Source of the DNA: a virus
Lineage: Duplodnaviria; Caudoviricetes
IMG/VR virus record: IMGVR_UViG_3300028883_000054
Coordinates: 1 to 58,943 of that record
DNA: 58,943 nt
Direction: 5' to 3' (one strand)
Below are positions 47,261 through 55,703 of the stretch, in pieces; within the stretch, counting starts at the first letter, position 1; every line of letters begins with the position of its first letter. A program made the translations under genes and the position numbers. The notes beneath the pieces were generated by a model, which saw nothing but the letters and a program-made list of their open reading frames with translations, made no database searches and was not told where the DNA came from.

Positions 47261-47285
47261 GCCCGGTTCCGTATTAGTACCCGTA

Positions 47286-48761
47286 TTATCCTCTTTTTGA
47301 GGCTATCGCTCCCACTCCTGACCAGTCTTGAATATTATTAATTGTTTCTGCAATGCCGGTTATCGTATCCGGGCCATCGTCATATTTATTCTTGCCCTCT
47401 TTTTGATACGATGAAAGGTCCCGGTAAAACTCCGGCCATTTATCCGCCCAATTCGACGGGAAATATATATGCTCTTGTACGAAAGAACTATTTGAAAGAA
47501 TTCTACTCTTTTTGTTACCTGACTGATGAAACCATTTAACATTGACACTTTTTGTATGATGTCTTTCCCATATTAACCGCTCAACGTTTCGCGCGAACCC
47601 TCGCCCTCCATTATTGCTTTCTATATGTGCCTGGTTCACTTTTCCGTTAACAAGCATATCTGCGGTTTGAGCCTCCGTGATTTCCATCCCATCTTTCGAG
47701 TAAAGTACATCTAAAACATAAGCTTCTCCACGATAAATGCCAAAATTAATCGAACATAAATAATGCGATCCTTCATCTGCCGTATCTGTGTAATTTGCAA
47801 CCTGCTCAAACAAGATTTGACTTTGATTATCGCGGGGAACATCTGTATATGTTTTAAACGATTTATAAAGCCGCCCTTTAATATCGATCGGTTCTTGATT
47901 ATAATTTGCTTCTAAAATCTCCGGGACCATAACCTTTTGAAGACTGGCATATCGTTTTTTTCCAAGAAGCGAAGGACATAACATCTCGTCCTTTTCAGGA
48001 TCATATGCCTTCATTGTAATTTTGTACCAATCATCCGGATCTGAGTGTAATATGCGCCCGCATAAATCATTCTTTGACCATCGCGTCATGCAAATGATTT
48101 CAAGCGGTTCACCCGCCTTGGCCGCAACCCGAGATAAGAACGTCCCTGTATACCACCGATACACTTTTTCAAGATGATTCTCGTTGAATGCTTCTTCTGC
48201 CCCCTTAATCGGATCGTCGATAATGAGAATCGTTCCGCCTTTTGATGTTATCGATCCATGAATTCCGGCTCCGAGATAATTAAAATGCTGCCCTTCGAGA
48301 GCCCATTTTTTAAACGCCGCGTTCCCCTGCTTGATTTTAGTTTCTGAAAATATATCTCTGTAAACAATCTCATTTAAATTCTTTTGAGTCTCGATCCCGT
48401 CCCGAGTATATCTCGAAAAGTCTGAAGCTGTATCATCATTATAACTTCCCAAAATAATGCGCTCTTCGTTATCCCGACCGAGTACCCATTGACAAAAATG
48501 AATTAGAGTCCGAGTTTTCCCATGCTGCGGCGGCATATTAATCATGAGCTTTTTGAATGGCGTGCCGTCCGGTTTCTTCAGTTTGCCAAAGTACAAATTT
48601 TCTAAAGTATCACATAAATATATTAAATGATGATTTCCTCTTGTATAGAATCGAGGAGACAGAGTACGGCAGAACATCCAAAAATCATTCCTACTTTGGA
48701 TAATTCGCGCCTGAGCTTTAATATACTTTCGCTGTATAAGTCTAATTTCACTCTTCGTCAT
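47286..48761 (-). CDS. terL: terminase large subunit
   Basis: INMPPQHGKT, IIDDPIK, TRWSKNDL, YNQEP, IESNNGG, YDDGPD. Confidence 0.95.
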   Translation of the reverse strand: MTKSEIRLIQRKYIKAQARIIQSRNDFWMFCRTLSPRFYTRGNHHLIYLCDTLENLYFGKLKKPDGTPFKKLMINMPPQHGKTRTLIHFCQWVLGRDNEERIILGSYNDDTASDFSRYTRDGIETQKNLNEIVYRDIFSETKIKQGNAAFKKWALEGQHFNYLGAGIHGSITSKGGTILIIDDPIKGAEEAFNENHLEKVYRWYTGTFLSRVAAKAGEPLEIICMTRWSKNDLCGRILHSDPDDWYKITMKAYDPEKDEMLCPSLLGKKRYASLQKVMVPEILEANYNQEPIDIKGRLYKSFKTYTDVPRDNQSQILFEQVANYTDTADEGSHYLCSINFGIYRGEAYVLDVLYSKDGMEITEAQTADMLVNGKVNQAHIESNNGGRGFARNVERLIWERHHTKSVNVKWFHQSGNKKSRILSNSSFVQEHIYFPSNWADKWPEFYRDLSSYQKEGKNKYDDGPDTITGIAETINNIQDWSGVGAIASKRG

Positions 48762-49152
48762 CCTCTAAGACTTTTCTAATTTGATCTCTATCTAAATTAT
48801 TTAAATATCTTTCAATTGTTTTAAGTAGTTTACTATCTGGATCTGCTGTAATTTCAACTTTACTTTCATCATTATATCCACGTTTCTTCCCTTTAGTAGC
48901 CAAATGAAATTTAATCATCTGATCACTGCCTTCTTGTATCCGCTTCAACAACATTGATTCACTGAAATCAAGGCTCTTTTCATTTTCTTCGTCAAGCGCT
49001 TTTTTTGTACATTCCCATTTATTAACATATTTCCGTGCAGTTGCCCACGAACAATTTAAATTTTCAGCAACTTGGGAGGTAATCCCATATGAATCTTTTA
49101 TAGCTTTCAATACTTGTTCTTTAGAATAATTTATTTCTTTACCACTTCTCAT
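48748..49152 (-). CDS. terS: terminase small subunit (HTH)
   Basis: G....VA..L.CS..T...Y HTH; F.L.TKGKKRGY; upstream of TerL. Confidence 0.8.
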   Translation of the reverse strand: MRSGKEINYSKEQVLKAIKDSYGITSQVAENLNCSWATARKYVNKWECTKKALDEENEKSLDFSESMLLKRIQEGSDQMIKFHLATKGKKRGYNDESKVEITADPDSKLLKTIERYLNNLDRDQIRKVLEDDEE

Positions 49153-50000
49153 TTTTCTAATTCTATCTTGTTTTTTAATACCATCCCATAATTATTAATG
49201 CCTTTAGGAATTTTTATATCATCTTTAAGTATTAATTTATTATTTTTAAATGGTCTATAATTTACTTTATGATGCCAACGATTAAATTTCCATACAACTT
49301 CCGCGACATCAGGATGCTGTCGTTGTAAACTTTTAGCAAATTCTAATCTTTTATCATCTGTATTATATATCGTATCTGTATTCCCACCTTTCATAGTTAA
49401 TGTAGCATGTTTTTTACATACAAATACTTGCAATAAAAAAGTACAATATCTTGCTTTTAAAATTCTTAATGATAAATCAGTATCTTCATTATATCGTCCA
49501 CGCCAACGAAAATCAATGTTATTTAATAATAATATACATGAATATATCCTAGTATTTAATATAAATGGATTTATTTTAGATGATGTTGGTGTAAACATTT
49601 CATATTGTAATCCTGCCATTGCAATATTTTTATATCGATCTACAATATCTTCACATACTTTAAAACAAATACCATTATTAATCAATGTTTTTTTATTTTT
49701 ATGTAATCGCGCAAACCATCTAATATTATCATCTAATATCCAATGACGATCAAAACCTTTTTTTATTGAATCTTCCCAAACCCAATTTCTAACTGGAATT
49801 GAACCTTGCCCACGTTCGCTAAAATTTTCTGGTAATTTAATAATTTTTGAATCATCTATAACAGAAGCATAATTATCATATTCGCCTGGTTCAACAACAA
49901 TAGAATACGGTACATTCATTTTTTCTAATGCTTTACTTGTAAGCCGTGATTCCCATCGACCCTTAGAAATAATATATATCGGATATTTAGGATTCGTCAT
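49149..50000 (-). CDS. GREB1-like / TET-associated glycosyltransferase (TAGT-type)
   Basis: YPIYIISKGR, VVEP.EY..Y, RHWILDDNI, WRGRYNEDTDLSLR, MKGGNTD. Confidence 0.85.
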   Translation of the reverse strand: MTNPKYPIYIISKGRWESRLTSKALEKMNVPYSIVVEPGEYDNYASVIDDSKIIKLPENFSERGQGSIPVRNWVWEDSIKKGFDRHWILDDNIRWFARLHKNKKTLINNGICFKVCEDIVDRYKNIAMAGLQYEMFTPTSSKINPFILNTRIYSCILLLNNIDFRWRGRYNEDTDLSLRILKARYCTFLLQVFVCKKHATLTMKGGNTDTIYNTDDKRLEFAKSLQRQHPDVAEVVWKFNRWHHKVNYRPFKNNKLILKDDIKIPKGINNYGMVLKNKIELEK

Positions 50001-50946
50001 AATTTAAATCGTACCATTTTCCATTTAAATAATATTTATTAACTTGATTATCTTTCCAATGTTTAAAATCACATCTTGAGAAGGTGACATTACATTTAGC
50101 GCAAGCATATTTTGTTGCTGCTCTATTTTTATTTCTTAATCTGGTCCTAATGGTTTGCATCTCTTTACCAAACCAAAAATTCAAAAAACCTTCTAAACCA
50201 TCATTTACGTTTCCAAATTTATCTTCTGTTATATGCATTCCATCTTGACAACATAATAAATATTTGCCTTTTGCAGATACAGTTACATATAAAAACGGTT
50301 GATTGCATCTTCTCGTTAATGGTTTTTCCAAAGGTTTCATATAAAATCTTTTCGCTTTTTCCCAATTAAGGTTTCCATACCAATTCCCTAATAATCCCGC
50401 TTTAAATCTTGATTGAGGCCAATTTTCTGGTTGATCTTGCAATACTATTATTTTTAATTCTGGACCTTTATACGTCCATGGTGACGGCGCATTTGCAGGT
50501 TTATTATAATATTGATAATAAGGATATCCTGATTCTTTCGCTAATTTTTCAAATGTTTCTTTTGGCCCGTATTGATCTGTATAAACAATATTCAAACCAT
50601 TATCTAATAAATCCTTATATTTTAATTTACCATTTTTAATCATAGTACCGTTAGTTGTTAATTGTATTTGACTTAACGGTGCTATATTTCGTGCAATACT
50701 TACAAATTCTAAAATATTTGGATGTAACGATGGTTCACCGACTACTCCTGTAAGATCTATTCTACATGTTGGCGATATTTTATTTATAAGTTTCCAAGTT
50801 TTAATCCAAATATCTTTTTCCATATAGATTTTATCACCTTTGATTAATTCCGCACAACAATGTCCGCATTTTAAATTACATCCATGGACAGGTTCTAATA
50901 TCCAAGCCCAAGGAGTCATATTACCCAAATATTTAATTTTCTTCAT
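49987..50946 (-). CDS. radical SAM protein with SPASM/twitch domain
   Basis: CNLKCGHC, GEPSLHP, TTNG, C..PF......G...CC.D, C..C. Confidence 0.9.
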   Translation of the reverse strand: MKKIKYLGNMTPWAWILEPVHGCNLKCGHCCAELIKGDKIYMEKDIWIKTWKLINKISPTCRIDLTGVVGEPSLHPNILEFVSIARNIAPLSQIQLTTNGTMIKNGKLKYKDLLDNGLNIVYTDQYGPKETFEKLAKESGYPYYQYYNKPANAPSPWTYKGPELKIIVLQDQPENWPQSRFKAGLLGNWYGNLNWEKAKRFYMKPLEKPLTRRCNQPFLYVTVSAKGKYLLCCQDGMHITEDKFGNVNDGLEGFLNFWFGKEMQTIRTRLRNKNRAATKYACAKCNVTFSRCDFKHWKDNQVNKYYLNGKWYDLNYDES

Positions 50947-51601
50947 TTTTACTTTCTATTATATATATTTTATCTCTATTATTTGAATCTAAATCACGTT
51001 TTGGGAACCAAATCGCTCTTGTTTTTTCAGTTATTTTTTGATCAATTAATTTAGCAAAACGGTTTACATCTTCATCATTATCAAAATGGACTTTAATCAT
51101 TCTACCAGTTATATCTTCATTTTCAAATTCTGGTAAATCTTGCCAAACTTCATTTATTATATTTTTATGATCTATATTATTTTGATTATAATTAATTAAT
51201 GGAAGATTAATCTTTAATTTAGGAATATTAATTTCAAACTTTTCTGTAAATTTAAAAAGTCCTTCATTTGCAATTCGATGCCAAAATGATGAATAATATA
51301 AAACATTTTCTGCTGCTTGTTTTTTATTATCGCATTCGATAAATTCAGCACTCAATAAATCCGGTACATTATCAAGCGACAATAATACTTTTTGTAATAA
51401 ATGACCATCCAGTATATATATTTTATCTTCATATTCCCATACTTTAAAACTGCGAATAATTCCTCTTTCTTTGATAATTTCTTTTAGATTATCGAAATCT
51501 TCATCTGTCACTGCTTTTAAATTATCAGGCTGAAACCATTTACATTTTCGCCAGTTTATTTTTTCGCTTTTAATGACTCGATCTTTTATTTTGTTTTCCA
51601 T
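50933..51601 (-). CDS. ParB/Srx-like nuclease-domain protein
   Basis: L...I...G......VW...ILDGH; C-terminal W..LPEF..ED, V.F....D...FA, IWFP. Confidence 0.75.
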   Translation of the reverse strand: MENKIKDRVIKSEKINWRKCKWFQPDNLKAVTDEDFDNLKEIIKERGIIRSFKVWEYEDKIYILDGHLLQKVLLSLDNVPDLLSAEFIECDNKKQAAENVLYYSSFWHRIANEGLFKFTEKFEINIPKLKINLPLINYNQNNIDHKNIINEVWQDLPEFENEDITGRMIKVHFDNDEDVNRFAKLIDQKITEKTRAIWFPKRDLDSNNRDKIYIIESKNEEN

Positions 51602-51616
51602 GTTTATTTTTCCATA

Positions 51617-52147
51617 TTATTCAAATATAAGCTTAAAGATAATCGTCGATTTGTCTATTGGAAATTCATTTAGAAATAATCTATTCTCCGGATTTTCTAC
51701 CTCGATAACATCACACGCCTCCGACAAGGATTTATATCCGATCGCTTTCGTGATTTTTACAAATGTTGTCCCCGACTGAACCGGTTGAAACCCAATTTCA
51801 TAAATATTATTGTCGACTCTTTCAATAATTCCCTGTAGTGGACAGCCCAACATCATTTCGACGAAACCAACGCTATCGTTTACAGCACGATATTCAAACG
51901 GATTTGAATTATACTCCCCTAATTTTTCAGGATAAATCGTATATGATAGATATTGCAGGAACGCCGGATCATAGCTTACTTTTGTTTCAAAACCGTTGAT
52001 ATTATTACCTTTTACGTTCATAACGGCGACAAAAGTGCTATCAAGATTAAAATTAAATTCCGGCATTTGGGCGAATAGCTGAGGAGCCCAGCCGGTCAAA
52101 AATAAACATCCGAAAATTATGAGCAAAATATAAATCGTCTTTTTCAT
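51617..52147 (-). CDS. secreted cohesin-like domain protein
   Basis: signal peptide ..LFA-Q; F...MNV...NI.GF...VSYDP..LQY, I.F.....G.T. Confidence 0.65.
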   Translation of the reverse strand: MKKTIYILLIIFGCLFLTGWAPQLFAQMPEFNFNLDSTFVAVMNVKGNNINGFETKVSYDPAFLQYLSYTIYPEKLGEYNSNPFEYRAVNDSVGFVEMMLGCPLQGIIERVDNNIYEIGFQPVQSGTTFVKITKAIGYKSLSEACDVIEVENPENRLFLNEFPIDKSTIIFKLIFE

Positions 52148-52467
52148 GAGAGCCAATCCTTTTTGTGTTTTCCAATAATTGTAGATATTCGTTTTCGTTG
52201 GTTGTCTATAGCTTGCGATAAAATATCATCATTTACGCCTGCCATAATTATCCGCAAATTGCCATAAACTTCAATTAACATCCTTAAATCTTCTTCACTT
52301 AAACGGTTCGGATAGACATTTAGATTTTCAATCGTTGTTTTAATATCGTTATAATCTGTTCTTAATAACAGATCTTTAATTATTTTTTTAACCTCTTTTT
52401 TTGCAAAATCTATAATAACGTCACTTAATTGCGCTACAAAATCATCTGATAATTTAATATCTTTCAT
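52144..52467 (-). CDS. hypothetical protein
   Basis: GAGGAG RBS. Confidence 0.65.
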   Translation of the reverse strand: MKDIKLSDDFVAQLSDVIIDFAKKEVKKIIKDLLLRTDYNDIKTTIENLNVYPNRLSEEDLRMLIEVYGNLRIIMAGVNDDILSQAIDNQRKRISTIIGKHKKDWLS

Positions 52468-52487
52468 TTGTCTCTCCTCGTAATTTG

Positions 52488-52559
52488 TAGCGGGAGAGGG
52501 ATTTGAACCCTCGACCTTCAGGTTATGAGCCTGCTGAGCTACCGCTGCTCCATCCCGCG
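52488..52559 (-). tRNA. tRNA-fMet (CAU), CCA not encoded
   Basis: CGCGGGA-TG-GAGC-AGCGGTA-GCTC-A-GCAGG-CTCATAA-CCTGA-AGGTC-GAGGG-TTCAAAT-CCCTC-TCCCGCT-A; C1:U72 mismatch. Confidence 0.92.
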
Positions 52560-52564
52560 ATATA

Positions 52565-53494
52565 TTATTCTTTTTTATAGCCCTTTTTACCCAGATCTGC
52601 TAAAAAATTAAAAAACTCAACGGAAGTGACTTTGTTATCTCCATCAATATCATATTGAGGCGCGACCTGTCCCAGATACGCGAGAATAATAAAAAAATCT
52701 TTACTGTCAACCGAAAGATCCTTATTGATGTCGCCCGGATAATATTCTTTTGTCTCTGCCGCCAAAAATACTTCTTGACTATATCCGGATTCGTTATTGG
52801 CTGTATCATATGCGGTTACTGCAAAATAATATTTTTTATTTGGATCTGTTAACAATGCCCTTTGGTTATATTTCGTTTCTATCCTATATTGATAATCGCC
52901 AGATCCATGGCCATAATAAACCATATATCCGGCAAGATCATTTTCAGTATTAGGATCCCATTTTATAGTTATTTCGCGTGTATCGTTTGATATAATTGCA
53001 CCTGTGTTTCGATATGTAAGTGCAATTTTATCAATATACAAATTTCTGTCTTGATACTGTCCGGATCCCAAATACGCCGCATTATCAAATCGGAAAGCGA
53101 TTTTCTTTGAATTAACTCCCTCAATCGTTTGAAAGAAATTTTCAAAAATCGTCGAGTTTATTTTCATTTTGGCGATTTGATTGTCAAACTCAATTGCTAA
53201 AATTGCCGATTCGTTTGGCATTGAGTCCTGTTTTGCAATTACTTCGATATCTATTGCATAAACAGAATCCTGATGAAACGGAAGATCAAATATAATAGCC
53301 GCTTTTTGATTTAGAAGTGCGGAATAATAGACATAATCCCGGACATCGTTCTCAATTGTCACTTGATTTGACGGTAAATCAATTTTAATTTCTTCGCTGT
53401 ATAAGCTTGTAATCCAAAGAATAAATATTAATGCCAATACTAATAATAAAAATTTAATTAGATCCCTATTTTTATGAAATTTATAATGCTCCAT
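52565..53494 (-). CDS. exported protein: CBM-like domain + fibronectin type III + dockerin-like duplicated EF-hand
   Basis: DRNLYIDKI; W.PNTE.DLAGY.VYYG...YYFAVTAYD.A.NES.YS; GDINKD..VD..D / DIDGD..V...E. Confidence 0.8.
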   Translation of the reverse strand: MEHYKFHKNRDLIKFLLLVLALIFILWITSLYSEEIKIDLPSNQVTIENDVRDYVYYSALLNQKAAIIFDLPFHQDSVYAIDIEVIAKQDSMPNESAILAIEFDNQIAKMKINSTIFENFFQTIEGVNSKKIAFRFDNAAYLGSGQYQDRNLYIDKIALTYRNTGAIISNDTREITIKWDPNTENDLAGYMVYYGHGSGDYQYRIETKYNQRALLTDPNKKYYFAVTAYDTANNESGYSQEVFLAAETKEYYPGDINKDLSVDSKDFFIILAYLGQVAPQYDIDGDNKVTSVEFFNFLADLGKKGYKKE

Positions 53495-54413
53495 TCGACA
53501 CCTCTATCTTTACGCCCGTTGGTATTGCCGGCGGGATAATATCCTTTTCTTCTTGCGGTTCTGTTGCGCTCTCATCTATTTGAAATATTCGAGGATTGCT
53601 TGTATTGCAAACGCCCCACTGATCTATCATCCAAAAATATAATAAATAATGCCCTGTATTGCTGGGGACACTTGTGAGATCTTGTTCAAAAATAACACCC
53701 TGATAATCGTAATAATCCCTGAAGGTTTCGGCTTCAGTCATAACACGACCGCCGCCTTCTGAATATATTGGATGGTTTCCATGGCTTTCAATGCACCAAA
53801 GAAACAATCCTTTTTGGAGATCCTGAAACCCGTTTGGATCATAAGATCGATCCGTTCTAAATTTAACCGTTTTACTATTTATTATATATGGATCTCCGTA
53901 TTTACCCGCCCCACTTACAACATTGAGAATGTCAATAACTTCAACCGGTTTTTGATTATTTGCCGGTGGTGTGTAAGGTTGTGTATAGTTATTGATGGGA
54001 GGAGTCTCAACGTAGACGTGCATATAGTATTTTTCAAAATCTTGGATGTAATATCCAGATCCTGGATTTATATCTACACGAATATAAAACCAACCGGGAA
54101 GGTTAACGGTATGAGAGAACGGGTACTTAACCGCCTGATTATACGAAAGATCTTTTACTTCATACATAATTGAACAATTACGGTTCCCGTCCATGTGCAT
54201 ATTTGGGTAATAGAGACAATCCTCTTTATTTTCGCCACTAATATCAAGTTTAAAATCGATCCTGTTTGTATGTAGTACATACGGATCGCCATACGTTCCC
54301 GATCCTCTGGCGATGGGAGACATAATTATTACACGTGCCTCGACTCCAAATATACTTGAAATAGAAATTGATACCAAAATTAAAGCAATAAATAATATTT
54401 TAATATTTTTCAT
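53481..54413 (-). CDS. secreted protein with two Ig/PKD-like repeats
   Basis: signal peptide; GSGTYGDPY / GAGKYGDPY; SYDPNG; DIIPPAIPTG. Confidence 0.7.
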   Translation of the reverse strand: MKNIKILFIALILVSISISSIFGVEARVIIMSPIARGSGTYGDPYVLHTNRIDFKLDISGENKEDCLYYPNMHMDGNRNCSIMYEVKDLSYNQAVKYPFSHTVNLPGWFYIRVDINPGSGYYIQDFEKYYMHVYVETPPINNYTQPYTPPANNQKPVEVIDILNVVSGAGKYGDPYIINSKTVKFRTDRSYDPNGFQDLQKGLFLWCIESHGNHPIYSEGGGRVMTEAETFRDYYDYQGVIFEQDLTSVPSNTGHYLLYFWMIDQWGVCNTSNPRIFQIDESATEPQEEKDIIPPAIPTGVKIEVSNGAL

Positions 54414-54429
54414 TTAAAAAATCCTTGCC

Positions 54430-54466
54430 AAAATAAAAATGACCAGGGACGGGGGACCCTGGCCAT
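54430..54466 (-). terminator. intrinsic terminator at end of late leader
   Basis: ATGGCCAGGG-loop-CCCTGGTCAT-TTTTATTTT on - strand. Confidence 0.7.
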
Positions 54467-54635
54467 TGTACGAGGAAAAAATGTTTTTAAAACCACAAAG
54501 AGAACTATGACGATAAGAGGGATAATATAATGAATTGTCGTTGTAATCTCTGTATGCGCTACCTGTTCTCATTACATTACCCTTTGAGTTGCACAACAAG
54601 GAGTAAGTCAGTTCAAAAAGCATTATCGTCCATGC

Positions 54636-54664
54636 AATATAAAAAATAACTTTCATTAAGTCAA
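54636..54664 (-). promoter_or_regulatory. promoter of the leftward (late) arm
   Basis: TTGACT-17-TATATT on - strand. Confidence 0.75.
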
Positions 54665-54773
54665 GAATATTTATGTTTTATTTAAATTATTTTTTGCCTG
54701 CAAACCTGTCAAACTCTTTATATTTTTATATTTATTATACTTATGTCGTATTATTTATTTTACTGTTTTATAT

Positions 54774-54881
54774 ATTTTTTTTTATTTTTTTTTATTTTTT
54801 GCTTGACTTTTTCAAATAAAATGTTTATATTAATAATAGATAAAGGGAATAATAAAACAAACCAAACGAGGTGAAAAAATG
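54774..54881 (+). promoter_or_regulatory. early promoter/RBS repeat, copy 1
   Basis: phased AT9 tracts, TTGACT(54803)-17-TATATT(54826), CGAGGTG RBS. Confidence 0.88.
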
Positions 54882-55187
54882 AAAACATCAAAATTTCAGA
54901 TAGCAGACGCTTTAAGTTCTAAGATGGTTGACGTAACTGCTTGGAATGTTAAATATTTAGAACATGCTAAAAAAGCAATATTTGAAAATGATGAAAAAAT
55001 CATGACAATAGAAGAAATAAAATTAAAGGTTGAAAATGAAATTGTTGGTACCACTTGGAAATTAACTATAACTACGAAAAAAGACAATAAAACTCATGTC
55101 GAATTTAGGGAGAATGAATCCGCAAAATTGGAAATATTAATGTTTGCTACATCAAGAGGATTTTTTAAAAATTTAGAAGAATTATAA
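54879..55187 (+). CDS. first early gene, hypothetical (duplicated)
   Basis: ORF after promoter; second copy spans the window ends. Confidence 0.8.
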   Translation: MKTSKFQIADALSSKMVDVTAWNVKYLEHAKKAIFENDEKIMTIEEIKLKVENEIVGTTWKLTITTKKDNKTHVEFRENESAKLEILMFATSRGFFKNLEEL

Positions 55188-55223
55188 TAACTTAATCAAG
55201 ACCTATAAACGAGGAGATACAAA

Positions 55224-55397
55224 ATGAAGACAATGACATTCACAAAGAGAGAATTAGACATGTTAAGAAGAGCGACATTTTCATTCATGGCTAGTGATGA
55301 TAGCGAAAAGTTTCAAAATGATGAAATGAATGAAATGTTTAAGAGGTTGACTAAGGCATTTAACGAAACAGAAGAAAATTCAAGCGAAGCAGCCTAA
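55224..55397 (+). CDS. 57-aa early protein ([LF]T..E...L family), not in ORF track
   Basis: GAGGAG RBS; MKTMTFTKRELDMLRRA...; TAA lies in hammerhead stem I. Confidence 0.7.
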   Translation: MKTMTFTKRELDMLRRATFSFMASDDSEKFQNDEMNEMFKRLTKAFNETEENSSEAA

Positions 55398-55443
55398 CTG
55401 ATGAGCTTTCAATAAGCGAAACTCCCTGCGGGGAGTCTTAGGC
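55392..55443 (+). ncRNA. hammerhead ribozyme, type I
   Basis: GCCTAA-CTGATGA-GCTT(TCAAT)AAGC-GAAA-CTCCC(TGCG)GGGAG-TC-TTAGGC; predicted cut after C55437. Confidence 0.93.
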
Positions 55444-55468
55444 AATTAAACAAAACGAGGAGAAAGCC

Positions 55469-55660
55469 ATGAAAACGATTAAAAATAAAGAAGAATTAGA
55501 ACACGAAGCATGGAGAATAATTCTAATTATAACAGATAACTCAATACGCGGTAGTTTACCAACGGAGGGAGAAGTTAGAAGTCTTGTAATAGAAATAAAA
55601 AAATGGAATAAATGTTATAAAGATATATCTGCAGACAATATAATTAAAAATTATTTATAA
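55469..55660 (+). CDS. small early protein
   Basis: GAGGAG RBS. Confidence 0.7.
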   Translation: MKTIKNKEELEHEAWRIILIITDNSIRGSLPTEGEVRSLVIEIKKWNKCYKDISADNIIKNYL

Positions 55661-55678
55661 GTCTAACTGATGAGCTTT
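55661..55678 (+). repeat. hammerhead 5'-half repeat
   Basis: GTCTAACTGATGAGCTTT; 16-nt identity to 55394-55409. Confidence 0.8.
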
Positions 55679-55703
55679 TAATTAAACCAAACGAGGTAAA
55701 AAA

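Noticed and set aside
54414-54656. 80-aa ORF on the - strand
   Set aside because: Its start lies between the -35 and -10 boxes of the late promoter and it runs through the terminator hairpin
55661-55700. Second stand-alone hammerhead
   Set aside because: Lacks local stem II partner, GAAA and stem III; reported only as a half repeat
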